From NCBI RefSeq assembly GCF_009914755.1, contig NC_060930.1: a DNA stretch of 64,000 bases; one strand, written 5' to 3'. The position numbers and the translations under genes are program-made. This document shows positions 17,204 to 31,839 of this stretch, one piece after another; the first letter of the stretch is position 1, and each line of letters starts with the position of its first letter. This stretch comes from the human T2T-CHM13v2.0 reference genome, Homo sapiens. The notes under the pieces were generated by a model. The model was not told the origin of the DNA. It did no database searches and was given only the letters and a program-made list of their open reading frames with translations.

Positions 17204-18554
17204 CTTCGTGGATTTATCTACCTTTGGTCTTTGATGTTGGTGACCTTCGGATGGGTTTTGGTGTGGACGTCCTTTTCGTTGATGTTGCTACTATTCCTTT
17301 CTGTTTGTTAATTTTCCTTCTAAGAGTCAGGCCCCTTTTCCGCAGGTCTGCTGGAGTTTGCTGTTTGCCTGGGTATCACCAGAGAAGGCTACAGAACGGC
17401 AAAGATTGCTGCCTATTCCTTCCTCTGGAAGCTTCATCCCAGAGGGGCACCTGCCAGATGCCAGCCAGAGTTCTTCTGTATAAGGTGTCTGTTGGCCCCT
17501 GCTGGGAGGTGTCTCCCCGTCAGGATACACAGGGGTCAGGGACCCATTTGAGGAGGCAGTCTGACCCTTATCAGAACTCACACTGTGCTGGGAGATTCAC
17601 TGCTCTTTTCAGAGCCATCAGGCAGGGTTGCTTAAGTCTGCTGAAGCTGCACCCACAGCCACCGTTTCCCCCAGGTGCTTTGTCCCAGGGAGATGGGGGT
17701 TTTATCTATAAGTCCCTGACTGGGGCTGCTGCCTTTTTTTCATAGATGCCCTGCCTTGAGAAGAGGAATCTAGAGAGGCAGTCTGGCCTCAGCGACCTTG
17801 CTGAGCTGTGGTGGGCTCTACCCAGTTCAAACTTCCTGGCGACTTTGTTTACACTGTGAGAGTAAAATCACCTACTCAAGCCTCACCAATGGCAGACACC
17901 ACTCCCCCAGCCAAGCTCGAGCATCCCAGGTTGGCCTCAGACTGCTGTGCTGGCAGGGAGAATTTCAAGCCAGGGTACCTTAGCTTGCTGGGCTCTGTGG
18001 GGGTGGGACCCACTGAGCCAGACCACTTGGCTCCCTGGCTTCAGCCCCCTTTCCAGGGGAGTGAATGGTTCTGTCTCACTGGCATTCCAGCTGTCACTGG
18101 GGTATGAAAAAAAACCTCCTGCAGTTAGCTCAGTGTCTGCCTAGATGGCTGCCCAGTATTGTGCTTGAAACCCGGGGCCCTGCTGGCATAGGCACTGGAG
18201 GGAATCTCTTGGTCTGCGGGTTGCAAAGACTGTGGGAAAAGCACAGTATCTGGGCCAGAGTGCACTGTTCCTCACAGCATGGTCCCTCACGGCTTCCCTT
18301 GGCTAGGGAAGGGAAATCCCCCAACTCCTTGTGCTTCCCAGGTGAGGCGGTGCCCCACCCTGCTTTGGCTTGCCCTCTGTGGGCTGCACCCACTGTCCAA
18401 CAAATCCCAATGAGATGAAAGGGGTACCTCAGTTGGAAATGCAGAAATCACCCACCTTCTGCATCGATCTCACTGGGAGCTGCAGCTTGGAGCTGTTCCT
18501 ATTCAGCCATCTTGCCAGCTGATCTACCAGGAACACTTCTAAGTGCGGATTTAT

Positions 18555-21500
18555 TTCTTTTTAGTTCCTTTTGAAAATTTATGTAGAGTAGAATTCACTC
18601 TTTTGGTGTACTGGTTTTGACAAATGCATAGTCATGTAACTACTGCTAAAATTTAAATAGAGAAGTTACCTCACCTGCAAAATCCCTGTTCCCTACCCTT
18701 GAGCCTGTCAACCACTGATCTGTTTTCTGTCTCTATGACTTCCCCTTTTCCAGAATATTGTGTAAAAGGAATCATACAGATTTTCAAGTCTGCCTTCATT
18801 CTGAGTTCTGAGTCATATAGATTTTCAAATCTGCCTTTGTTCTTAAAAGCATAACGCATTTGAGATGCCTACATATTGTTGCATACATCAAGAGTTTATT
18901 TGTTTTAATTCCTGAGTACTATTCCATTGCACAAATATGCCACAGTTTGGTGATGGATTCACTAGGAGGGAGACATTAGGGTGGTATTCAGTTTTGAGTG
19001 ACTATGACTAAAGCAGCTATAAACCCCCACTTACAGGATTTTGTATGAACATAAGTTTTTCTCTTGGTAAATATTCAAGAGTGGAATTTCACATGATACG
19101 TGTATGTATGTTTAACCTTGTAAAAAACTGACTGCTAAACTGTTTTCCGAAGAGGCTGTATTATTTTGCATTCTTACCAGCAATTTATGAGAGTGTCAGT
19201 TTTTCTGCATCCTTGCTAGCATCTGGATTTGTCAGTTTGTTTTTTAAAATTTAGCCATTCTAACAGATGTGGTGTGGTATCACATTGCAGTTTTAGTTTT
19301 CATTTCCCTAATGATTAATGATTTTGACCATCTTTTGTGTTTATCTGCCATCCAGGTATTGTCTTTGGTGAAGTGTTTTTTAAAATATTTTGCCCATTTC
19401 TTTTAATTGGGTTCCTTGTTTTCTTATTATTGAGTTGTAAAAGTGTTTAATATAGTTTGGAAACCAGTTCTTTGTCAGATATATGATCAACATATATTTT
19501 ATCCCAGTTTGTGGCTTATCTTTTTAATTCCTTAATAGTGTCTTGTATATAGCAGAAGTTTTTTGTTTTTTGTTTTTGTTTTTGTTTTTTTTTTTTTTTT
19601 TTTGAGACGGAGTCTTACTCTGTCACCCAGGCTGGAGTGCATGGCACGATCTCAGCTCACTGCATGCTCCGCTTCCCGGGTTCAAGCCATTCTCCTGCCT
19701 CAGCCTCCTGAAGAGCTGGGACTACAGGCGCCCACCAGCACGCCTGGCTAATTTTTTGTATTTTTAGTAGAGATGAGGTTTCATCGTGTTAGCCAGGATG
19801 GCCTTGTGATCTTCCCCCCTCGGCCTCCCAAAGTCCTGAGATTACAGGCGTGAGCCACTGCGCCCGGCCTATAGCAGAAGTTTTTAATTTTGCTAAGGCC
19901 TAGTTTATCACATTTTTTCTTTCACGGATTGTGACTTGGATGAAATATTTATGAAATTACAAAGACTTTCTTCTATGTCTTCTTATAGAAGTTTTATAAT
20001 TTTGTCTCTTACTTATAGGTCTATAATCCATTTTGAGTTAATTTTTTTCTAAGGTATGAAGTATAAGTTGAGGTCATTTTTTTTCCTGCGTATGAGTGGT
20101 GTTGCAAGACCATTTGTTGAAAAAAACCTAGTCTTTCTGAACTCACTTACCTTTGTTGAAAATCAATTGATCATACAAATGTAGGTATATTTATGGCCTC
20201 TCTGTTCTGTTCCACTAGTCTATTGGTCCATCTTTATGCTAATACCACACTGTCTTTTTTGTTTGTTTTTGTAGCTTTATAGTAAATCTGAAAATCAGGT
20301 AATGTGAGTTGTCCAGCTTTTTTCTTCTTTTTGCAAAATTATTTTGGCTATTCAAGTTCTTTTGCCTTTCCATGTAAATTTTAGAATCAGTTTGCCAATT
20401 TATAAAAAGCAAAAATTCCTGTGAGATTCTGATGGGATTGCATTGAATTTTTAAATGAGTTTGGGAAGATTTCACATCTCAACAATAGTGTCTCCCAATC
20501 CATGAATATGGTATAATCTTTCAATTTTTTTAGCTCTTGATTGATTTCTTTCATCTGTGTTCTTAGTATTTAGTATACAAATCCTGCATATATTTTGTTG
20601 AACTTATGCCTAAGCACCTTCTGTATTTTTTTGGCACTACTGTAAATGGTACCTTAAAAAAAGTTTTGATTTCTAATAGTTTACTGCTAGTATATAGAAT
20701 TAGAATTCATTTTGTATGTGCACTTTGTATCCTCAACTTTGCTAAACTCACTTATCAGTATGAGAAGATTATTATGTTGTTGACATCTTGGGACTTTCTG
20801 CATAGACAATCATGTCAATATAGACAGCTGTATTTCTTTCTTTCCAATCTATATATACCTCATTTCTTCTTGCTTATCACTCTATCTCGAACTTCCAGGA
20901 TGATGTTGAACAGGAATGGTGAAAGAAGACATCTTGCCTTGCTCCTGATCTTAGGAAGAAAGCATTCAGTCTTTTACCACCAAGTATGATGTTGGCTGTA
21001 AGCTTTTTCTCTAGATTCTCTTTATTAGGTTAGGAATGCTCCTTCTTATTCCTGGTTTCCTCTGAGTTTTTATCATGAGTGGATACTGAATTTTGTCAAA
21101 AGCTTTTACTGCATCTATTGAGAGAGTTAAATACTTTTTATTACCCAGTTTATTGATATCATGAATTACTTCATTAGATTTTCAAGTGTGTAAACAGTCT
21201 TGCATTCTCAGGATAAACCACACTTGGCCATGATGCATTATTATTATTAATTATTTTTATTTAAGTAATGTATGTTAGCTTTAATTTGCTGATATTTTTG
21301 TTAAGCATTCTTGCATCTATGTTCACTATGTTCATAATGAACTTGGGTTTTCTTTTTGTACCAGTGAAATTCTGGCCTCATAAAATGAGTTGTTAAATGT
21401 TGCCTTCTCTTCTATCTTTTTGAAGAATTTGTGCAGAATTGCTTTGATGTCTTCCTTAAATGTTTGGTAGAATTCCCCAATGAAGATTTTCAGAGATAGA

Positions 21501-22170
21501 GATTTCTTTGTTGGAAGACTTTTTTTACAAGACGTTTTAAACTGCATGTTTAAATTCTGTAATAGACATAGGGCTATTCAGGTATGTCTATTTCATCTTA
21601 AATAAATTTTGGTAATGTGTTTGTGTCTTTAAAAACATTGGTCCATTTCATTTAAGTGGTTCAGTTTATAGTATAAAGTTTTCCACATTATTCACTTATT
21701 ACTGTTTTAATATCTGTATGGTCTGTGGTGATGTCCCTCCTTAATTTCTGACATGAGCAACTTTTGCTTTCTTTCTTTTGGTTAGTCTGTCAAGATGCTT
21801 AGCAATTTGGTTGACGTTTTCCCAGTACAAGCTTTGGTTTTAATTTTGATTGTTTTGATGTTTTCAACTTCATTGATTTCTGCTCTAATCTTTATTATTT
21901 TCTGTCTTCTTCTTGCTTTAGGTTTAATTTATTTCTCTTATTCTGAGAAGGTAGAAGCTTACATCATTGACTTGAGAACTGTTTCTTTTTTAATATGAAT
22001 ATTTTAATGCTGTAAATTTACCTCCAAACACAGCTTTAGCTGCATCTCACAAATTCTGATATGTGTTTTCATTTTCATTTAATTTATAGTCTACGTTAAA
22101 TTTTCCTTTGAATTTTCTCTTTAATCCATGGGTTATTTAGAAGTCATTGGCTTAAATTCCAAGTATTTCC
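18555..22170 (-). mobile_element. Old L1M (L1MC/MD-type) 3' end and ORF2 remnant
   Basis: ttttgacaaatgcatagtcatgtaac 3'-end signature and degenerate ORF2 peptides such as GEFYQTFKEDI. Confidence 0.85.
19563..19869 (-). mobile_element. Alu (AluSc/Y-like) inserted in L1M
   Basis: Antisense Alu; TSD tatagcagaagtttt on both sides. Confidence 0.95.
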
Positions 22171-22174
22171 TTAA

Positions 22175-22655
22175 AACATGAAATTACAGTATACTACATG
22201 GATTTCAAAGTCTGGAGAATGTGGGAGGAATCCTACAGAAGAAATAGCTGGAGAAGGGGTTTCCTTATTTCCCTATAGAAACCTGTATAAGTTCCAGGCT
22301 CATCTCCATGATATACATGCAAAAGACCAAAGCAACATTGTAAAGGCTTTGAGAACTGACCTAAGATTTAACACCATCTAAGTCTCAAGCTAACATCTGA
22401 AGCTAACATCTGAGCATGCATGAACAGACACAGAGTAGCATAACTAAGGTTTTGGAAGCTGGCATAAGATTAAGACCATTGCCTGCAGAAGGAGAGAGAG
22501 AATTTTCTGTCTAAACCTAAATAGGTTAATTGACTTACTCTAAAATATCAACATTCTTCAGAGGATTATAAAGGGACATAAGAATGAAAATCTCCACAAC
22601 ACAATCCTCACAGTGTCCAGGATACAATCAAAAACCACTTCACATTCTAAGAAAC
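22175..22655 (+). mobile_element. Old L1M 5'-region fragment in opposite orientation
   Basis: taaaggctttgagaactga-type repeats and gtccaggatacaatcaaaaa typical of L1M 5' ends. Confidence 0.55.
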
Positions 22656-22699
22656 GTCCTCAAGAAGGGCCACCGAAAAACAAAGCCAAACCCAGAGAA

Positions 22700-23169
22700 T
22701 TCTGATCTTAGGCCACTGTGCTATTAGCGGCTCAGTCAGGAGATGTTTGCTCCCCACCTCGAGGCTTCTCCATCCTATGCTCCAACCCTCAGGGAATCAG
22801 AAGTTAGCAAGGGGGTTGGGGAGAGTAGGAGCAAAGGCAAGAAGAAGCAGAGAAAAGACATGAAATGCAACTCCATTTCCAGGCAGCAAACCTCAGATAT
22901 GATTTGAATGCTGGGAAAAGATTTAACTCTAAATCAAGCTTGAAACTGAACATGTTCATTAATAATTGAGGCTTCTTTTCCTAGGAGTAACTTAAGGCTT
23001 TTCTGTTACTTAAGAGTGACTAGAGATGTCATGAAGTCTGATGCAGTTTTTATTCAAGGAAAGAGAAAGATCTAGCTCTATTAAATAAATGTCAAGGTAA
23101 AAGAAAAAAGAAGAGAGTTTCTCTGTGATTTTATCCCATGAGTCAGTTTTGTTTAATGTAGTGGTTGCA
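22700..23169 (+). mobile_element. Possible ancient Gypsy-like LTR (MamGypLTR-type)
   Basis: 3' end atcccatgagtcagttttgtttaatgtagtggttgca resembles the remembered consensus. Confidence 0.35.
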
Positions 23170-24071
23170 TCTGAGTTCCTTTAAAAACTGCAATTATACT
23201 ACACTTGCGGCTGTTTTGTAACTTCTTTTTTTCATTAACAGTATGTTGTCAATGTCTCCTTGTATACTAGATAGTATTCTGATATATGGGTGCAATGCAA
23301 TTTACTTAATTTTCTGTCATAGGAGAGTTAGTTACTTAGAGACTTAGTTCCAATCTCTCACCATAATAAATAAAACTCTTAATGCATCTTTTTTCACTTA
23401 TCTGTTTTTTTCCCTTTAAAGTCCTAGAAATGTAATAGAGGAGTCAGAGGGTCTATATGTTCCTCTACGAAATTTTAATGGCTTACTTTCTCACCCACAA
23501 TATGTGAGCATTCTCATTTCCTGAAAATCTTACCAACACTAGATTTTCTCAGTTTTTATAAAACTTTTGCCAATTCTGTAGGCCAAGGAAGTACCTGCCT
23601 ACGGTTTCGATTTTCAGTTCTTCACATCATAGTGGGGTTAAATATCTTCTCATATTATTTGTCTTTGGGCCACAGCCTTATATGCTATACTAAACTCTCT
23701 AATTCAGAAAATAGAAGATGAGTTGTGAATTCTGGCTGTACTGAAACATTGTTGCTGATATCTACTTTTTATCTCGTTTCTCTTGACTGGAATCATATCA
23801 ATTCACTGAAAAAAAATCAGGCAACCTTAGAGATGGTCTCTAGTTTCTAGAAAGTAGAAACTCTGAGACGCTAACATTTGTTAAAAGAGGAAGGCATCCC
23901 CAGAAACTTACTAGTAAAGAATTTCTAAAAAGATGGAATTTGTATTTGGAACACAATTCTTGCAAAATATCTTTAATATCATGGTCTCTTTTCTTCCTTC
24001 TCTTAATTCCTTTGTTATCCAGGAAGTAGATTTGATGATGCTATTTGTCCGTTAACCCCAGTGCTGTATAA

Positions 24072-24195
24072 CCAGGGTTACCAGATGTCCCTATTTTGCC
24101 TTGAGGGGTCCTGGTTTAAGCTTGTTGCCCCAGCATGATCATTAAAAGCACCCACTTTTACTCTCATGAGTGTCTCCTGATTTTAATAATTTTAA
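24072..24195. mobile_element. MER81 (hAT-Blackjack)
   Basis: agggttaccagatgtccc...cacccacttttactctcatgagtgtc. Confidence 0.65.
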
Positions 24196-24284
24196 TAAAA
24201 ACATTTGAATACAAGAATCAGTAATAAATAATTTATTAAAATGTTAAATGATTGCAATATGTGGATTGATTTTATTAATAATTA

Positions 24285-24495
24285 ATGTGTTTGAGGTACT
24301 TACTTTGTGCCAAGCACTGTTCTAAGTACTCTTTTTTAATCCTCACAACACAGCTTTAGGTAGATGGTCCTAATCTGTTTAGTTTATAGAGATGAAAACT
24401 AACAGTGACTGCAGAATGCTAGATGGCGAAGGGGAGACTGAGGATTTGAACCCTGGAGGCCCGACCTCAGAGTCCAGGCTTTTCACTCCCTTGCT
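24285..24495 (-). mobile_element. MIR SINE
   Basis: tactttgtgccaagcactgttctaag...taatcctcacaac...ggatttgaaccc. Confidence 0.8.
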
Positions 24496-24529
24496 GTACA
24501 TAGGATGCAGCAAGGATGGATGGAGCTTT

Positions 24530-24921
24530 GGCAACATAACTCCCCCCTCTTCCTTTAGCAACAGCATTCCCAGGATTTAGCAGGGCACATGCCTCCCTTA
24601 TGGCCATCTCACTAAGTTATGGCCAATGGGGTAGGAACAGAAATGATGAGTACCTCCAAAGATCATGACCTTACAAAGAATGGGTATTTGCTCTCCTTGA
24701 AACTTCCACCTTCTCTTTAGCTGCAATTCAAACATGATGGTGAATTCAAAGCAGCTTTGTACTCTAGAAGCTGGTGTAGAGGTTGGCAGAAGGTCCCTAA
24801 CAGCACTGGTTGCTGCCTTTGGACTGCTGTGTGAGAGAGGGGAGAAGTCCTGTCTTGGTTAGCCTGTTATATTTTAAAGTCTTTGGGGCATAGTAGCTTA
24901 CACTGTGCCTTAAGTAATACA
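24530..24921 (+). mobile_element. MLT1 (I/J-type) LTR
   Basis: Ends tgtgagagag...gtaataca as in old MaLR LTRs. Confidence 0.55.
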
Positions 24922-25119
24922 GATCTCATCTGCCTATAGTGACAAATAGGGTTCTGTCCAAAGTGCAGAATTCACTACCATTATTCATCTCCACAAAATG
25001 AAAGCAAATGAAGAGATTGGCAAAAAAGATATTTTTAAAAATCTTGACTATGGATGCTCAACAAATGTACATATTAATGACTACATACAATTTTTTAAAA
25101 TATGGTTTTCATTCTCTGC

Positions 25120-25600
25120 ATCTCTAATAGTTTTCTTCAGATGCTATAACAAATTACCACAAACTTAATGACTTAAAACAGTACAAATTTATTCTCCTAC
25201 AATTCTGGAGGTTGAAAGTTTAAAATCAGTTGCACTGGGCTGAGGTCAAGGTGTCGGCAGGCTGGTTCCTTCTGGAGGCTTGGGGAGAATCGATTTCCTT
25301 GCCTTCTTCAGTGTCTAGTGGCTGCCTGTGTTCCTGGGCTTGTGGCCCCTTCCTCCATCTACAAAGCAACCCACTCTCAAGCTTTACTTCTGCCTTTTCC
25401 TTTGACTCTGAATCTCCCCCGCACCCCTTTGATAAGAACCATTTTGATTACATTGGGCTCACTCAGATAATCCAGGAAAAATCGTCCCGTCTTAAAACCC
25501 TTAACTTAATCACATCTGCAAAATCCTTTTCGCTGTGTAAGATAGCATTTGCAGGTTCTGAGGATCAGATGTGAACTTATTTGGGAGCTGCTATGCACCC
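25120..25600 (-). mobile_element. MLT1C/D LTR
   Basis: gctataacaaattaccacaaactt...caaggtgtcggcagg...ttaatcacatctgcaaaatcc. Confidence 0.85.
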
Positions 25601-26209
25601 TAAAGCAACATCTATGGAATTTATTGACTTCATCTGAGGGTAAGAGGATAGACATTTTCTCCTTTGATTTGACCTGTGGTTGTAAGTTGATGTATGGCCA
25701 AGGCAACTCCTATGTCCTTTGTTAACATTCCCTGAAGAAAGATGTCCACAGTCTTTAGCTGGACTAATTTAAATAGATCAGCAAATAAGAACAATGGCAT
25801 CAGAAAAAACGGGTGAATTCTGGATACTTGGGAATGTAGATCCTAAAGAAGGATAAAGGCACAGGGAAGGTTTTTCTATGAATATTGGTTACATGGAAAA
25901 CTTGAGACTGCATCACCTCTCAGTTTGTGCTGAAATTCTACTAAGACATCTTCAAGGAATGAAGTTAGTTGTGGAATTTCATAATTTTGTAATGTTTTAT
26001 TTACAAGATATTATTCGGAAATACTTACAAAACAATATTTTATAAACAATGAATCAGTTTAGGAGCAGAGTAGCTATGCTTGTGATTTGAGACCCACTTA
26101 CTGGACTGGGTACCTTGTCTTCATTCGTCAATGTGAACCCTCTCTGTCTCCTTTTCTCCATTCACAAAATCAGGATATTGACATAATAACTAACATTTGT
26201 TGGGAAGTC

Positions 26210-26490
26210 ACTACATGCCTTGGAGTCACCCTTGACTCCTGTCTCACACATACCACATCCAATCTGTCAGGAAGTCACTTTGATCTGTCTTCAAAATAAC
26301 TCCTGAAGCCTCATGGCTACCACCTCCCTCAGAGCCTCCCTCCCGCTCCCCTGGGCACTGCAGGAGCCTCCTAGCTCATCTCCCCACTTCTCCTCCTGTT
26401 CCTTGTGCTCTCAACATGGCACCCAGAGTCATCTTTTTATAACAAAAGTCAAATGCTGTCACTTCTTTGCTCATCAGCTTCCAAGTGGCC
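26210..26490 (+). mobile_element. L2 fragment
   Basis: ccttggagtcacccttgactcc...cacatccaatc. Confidence 0.7.
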
Positions 26491-26494
26491 TACG

Positions 26495-26783
26495 TTGTAT
26501 CAGTCTGTGGCCTGTTAGGAACCGGGCTGTGCAGCAGAGGTGAGCGACAGGTGGCTGAGCATGACTGCCTGAGCTCTGTCTCCTGTTGGATCTGTGGCAG
26601 CATTACAGTCTGTCTATTGTGAACTGTGCGTGCGAGGGATCCAGATTGTGTGCTCCTTAGGAGAATCTAAAGCCTGATGATCTGAGCTGGAACAGTTTCA
26701 TCTCAAAATGATCCATCCCCATCCATGAAAAAATTGCCTGCCATGAAATGGGTGCTTTGTCCCAGAAAGGTTGGGCACCGCTG
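26495..26783 (+). mobile_element. MER1B (hAT-Charlie)
   Basis: gtggcctgttaggaaccgggc...gagaatctaaagcctgatgatctgag...aaaggttgggcaccgctg. Confidence 0.88.
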
Positions 26784-27409
26784 GCCTGCAGGACCTCCAA
26801 GACCTCTTGAGCATCAAGAGCTGGCTGAGCTGAGAGCAGAGTTCACAAGTGTCAAAGTGGCCGGCAGAGACAGCCAGCTGCAGTGAGCCTCAGGCAAGCC
26901 TTTCGCTGCCCTGTGCGATGGCATAAGCAAGGGCCACACTGGAAAAGCACTGGTTCCCTCCTGTCCCATTTGTCCCCACAGGACAGCACCAGGTCAGTGG
27001 GTCAGCACAGATGTGGAGACCCACCAACGCAGAAGGAGCCTGTCTCAAAAGGCTCCTGAGATTTTGTGGAGTGAGGAGCTGGGTGAAGAAGAGGAGGAAG
27101 GACTAAGAGAGAAAAAACTCTGAGTACTGAGTCAGAGTAGAGAAAAGTGTCCCCAGAGCCCCCTTCCCTGATGAGGAAGCTCAGCAGGGATGCTCAGGGA
27201 AGGCCCCAGTAGTTGGGCCTTCATGCGGAGGGGCCTGCAGATGTGCCTAAGAGCACGACCTGCTGGGGCCAGAGTCCTGACTGCAGCTCCCTTGGGAGAC
27301 TGCAGCACCTGGGCTGTGCACCAAGTCTGGTGTGGGGAGGGCCAGCTGACCCCATGCAGCCTGCCAGGAGGGCCTTCCCCATCCTCTATGATCAGGCTTC
27401 ACCACCCAG

Positions 27410-28830
27410 TCTCAGGCCAGGTCCTTCACAAACTCCCAGGGGATCCCTGGGAGAAAGCAAATGGAGGCCTCACACTAGGTGTCTGAATGTGAATTTACAA
27501 ACCAAGTTAACTTTGATAATCAGCAAAACCTCTCCACTCCTCCTACCTTGACAGATATACCTCAGAACTAAAAATGCCATGGAAAAAGTGACTAGAATAC
27601 ATGTAAAAATAAGTATGTATACATAAAATAAATGTACAAAGCTATGGTTTTACGTGACCAAATGTCTGGAAAATATTAAAGATGATGACATTTCATAATT
27701 ATTCTGACCTCTTGGTGTGCTGTTGATGGACTGGAGATGTTTGGATGAGTTATAGAGACATTCATAAATTATTTTGTATTTATTCCATGTTTTTGGCCCA
27801 CATTTCAGAAACATTATTGTTATAACAATTTTTACATAACTTGTGTTCTGTTGGCAGTTGTAATCTAAGCATTAAAATTAAAATGTAAATATAGTCAAAG
27901 TAGACAAAATTTTAAGATAGCCTCTTCAAAATTTAAATTAAATGTAAATAATTAAAAATTAAAAGATTTTTCACATTTCTAAATGAGTGTTTTTTGTTTT
28001 AAATTATTTATAATTATCTATTAAGATATAGAGCAAAATATAAAATACAATTATTGATATACAGTTTAAAATAAATATGATTTACATAAAGCCAAAAGTA
28101 TTAGTTTGGGATATTAATTAAAGCACAATAAATATGTTTAAAACTATTGAATTATTTTGCAACTTAAGATCCAAAATCCATTTATGTGCCAATGGAAAGA
28201 ATTGCTACAGTTGTCCATGCATGCTTTGTTTACACCTAAATATGTGTAAACCTGAGTCAGGTGAATTGTCTAATATTGCAAAATATTCCTCAACCTCCAT
28301 TTGTAACTGTTGGAAATACCACCTAATTTGTGACACCCTCCAAATCAAGAATTAGCATATGAAGAGAAGGAAAGAGATAGACATTTAACACCACTAGGAA
28401 AAGAAAAACAATTCATTATGCAAGAGTCTATGCATTTATGTTGAGGATTTGGTAAATTCATTAATTTATCTTTTCTCTTGCCTACGTGCTTCTGCTGCTT
28501 AACTCTCTCGGCACTGATGTTGGCCCAACGACCAACCTTTGGGCTTTGGAACAGTCACCTCAAGTTTCCAGGACAGGGGGTGAGAGATGCAGAGAAGTGT
28601 TTCTGGAGGAGTTACTTAGAAGAGCGGATGTTTAGGGCTCCGGTCTCACTGTACCAGGTCTGAGCCCCAGATTCTCAATGCGTTGTGTACCAGGTCTGAG
28701 CCCCAGATTCTCAACGCATCTGAACACCCACGCATTGTGTCAGAGAATTTATTCTGGTGTGTGCACTTGTGATAGCTGAAGGCCTCTAAAGCATGGGTCC
28801 TTGGGCAGGTCAGTCCTGTCTTGCACTGGC
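27410..28830. mobile_element. Possible ancient hAT-type DNA transposon relic (AT-rich core, GC-rich ends)
   Basis: Composition pattern only; family not recognised. Confidence 0.25.
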
Positions 28831-28989
28831 TGCTGCCTTTTTCTGGAACATTGTTCTTTTTGATATCTGCAAGGTTAACATTCTTGCTCAAATGTCCCTT
28901 CTCCTGGAGGCTTATTCCTGATCTACGCCATTTGTACACACTGCCTCCTGAGATCTGTCTGTTCTTATCTCTGGTTCACAAAAACCAAG

Positions 28990-29142
28990 GCATGAGAGGT
29001 TAAGTAACTTTCCCAAAGTTACGCAGTAGGAGGTGGTAACATTGTGGTAATAACCGGTAAGACCATTACGAGGGCTGAGTGAGATAATCTGTTTAAAGTG
29101 ATTAGAACAATGCCTTGTGTGTGGTAAGTATTCAATATATTG
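28990..29142 (+). mobile_element. MIR fragment
   Basis: gagataatctgtttaaagtgattagaacaatgccttgtgtgtggtaagtattcaata. Confidence 0.7.
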
Positions 29143-29148
29143 CAACAA

Positions 29149-29458
<310 letters not shown>

Positions 29459-30968
29459 ACATTATAACACTTTTTACATGACAAACAGACTGTTCCTTGG
29501 TTCTCTGGTTGCTGAGAAACAACCACTCTCATAAATGCATGGTGTTTGCTAAGTTGTTTTGTGACGGCATGGTGGCTGAAACCCTGGCATTGTTCTGGGC
29601 TCATTAATCACACAGAACCATTGTTGAAAATACTGTGGGTTTGATTAAAACCTCAAATGCATTTGTGCAGCTCCCTTTCCTCAATTTTGAATCCCACCCA
29701 CATGTTGATGGAAACGTGATCCTGTGTTGCTGATCCATGCTCATTGACTAAAATGGTATTCAGTCGGAGCCAAGAAGACTGTCTTTTTCTTGCAAAAAAA
29801 TGCCTAAAGTCACATTTTTCAAGTGGGAAATAACAAAAACCTTAATTCAATCTGAAACACTACATCACTAATTTTCCACAGATTCTGATCTGGGCCAATA
29901 TGAGTAATCCTCAACTTGTGTAAGATTCATAGTTAAGAACTCATGTTCCCTGTGTGTGTGGTGATCACCAGTGCAAACCAAACAGTCCTAAATTCATTTC
30001 TCCCGAAGAAGCCATCACGGCCTTGTAAGAGTTTTCCAAAAGTCCTGTCAAATATTCCTGATACAAATCTCCTTAAAGAAAACCACCGGAATTTTTGACT
30101 GTCATCAAATCATTTCCTAAATGTCTTACCTATTTATAGAAATAAATTATATGTATACAAGATAGAAATTATGAAGAGCTATATATGTCTGTTTCTATGG
30201 CAAAATCAAGTTAGTTGTACGGTGTATTTTAGGGGAAACACTTTCTCAGTGCATATGGCTCTAGAGCTTTATTCGGCATTGTAAACACACATGCAGAGAG
30301 CCTGCTCCCCCCTTGGGTAACTTTTCCTTGCCTCTATTTAATGATGCCTGCCTCAGGGTGTTTGTAAACACTGTCGAAGAACATGAGAACTGAGCTGCTG
30401 TAATTATGCATGTCGTATTGTATAGGCCGCACAGAAGGTGGAAAAACCTATTTTAAAAAAGGATTTTTAAAAAGGATTTTTAAGATCTCAGTCTCTGCTT
30501 TATATTAATTTTCTTCAATTTGAAACAACCAAAACCTGTTACCAAATTTGAGATAAAATTAGACTGTTGATTTTCACATGTATGAGAAGATACAGAGTAT
30601 TTTGCTTATTAAACATATGAAGTAACTCAAAGATCCCAGGAAAAGTGGTTGTGTTTGCCTTCCCTGCTGAGCAGACCCGGGGCCCTGTCAGCAGTAGCTA
30701 TAAGGGGCACACAGGCCCTTCCACACATAGGCATTGCAAAGAGCATCTTAAACTGCATCCACTCCAAAGTTTCTTTTCTCTTTTGGAGTTAGGAGAAAAA
30801 TTAGATATAATAAAGCATTGAGAATCTTGTTAGGAACATGGGAGGGAGGCTGCAGGTGGAAATAAAGGCAAGGAAAGAGGGAGGGCTGGAGGGCTTTGGC
30901 CGCTGAGAGTTGTCATGCCCTCTGAGTTGGGTCTGCAGCTGTGAAGGTTGACCTGGATCTGTCAGTAG

Positions 30969-31534
<566 letters not shown>

Positions 31535-31839
31535 TGAGCACCAGGAGCAGAGCTGCCAGCCGGCTTAGTGTGCCCATGCACACGAGCACAGTCCAGCCCT
31601 GTTGTGTTGCTCCTGTGATTCCCCAGCCTGTCCTGACTGCCGTCTGCTGTTTTGGTTTGCCCAGCCTGTTTCCCCCACTCAGATAAATGCTCCTCCATCT
31701 TCCCTGAAAAGTAACCAGAGGACCCACCCATTCCAGTCTGATTTGGGTGGAGCTGCTCTGATTTGGTTCCTTCAGCCCCAGGAATAGATCCATAAAAAGG
31801 GTCAGGCACCTGAGAGTACCCCATCCTTTTAAAATTCAG

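Noticed and set aside
18555-22655. Twin-priming 5' inversion of the old L1M
   Set aside because: The inverted piece stops in the 5' region, far from where the 3' part ends; independent insertions fit equally well
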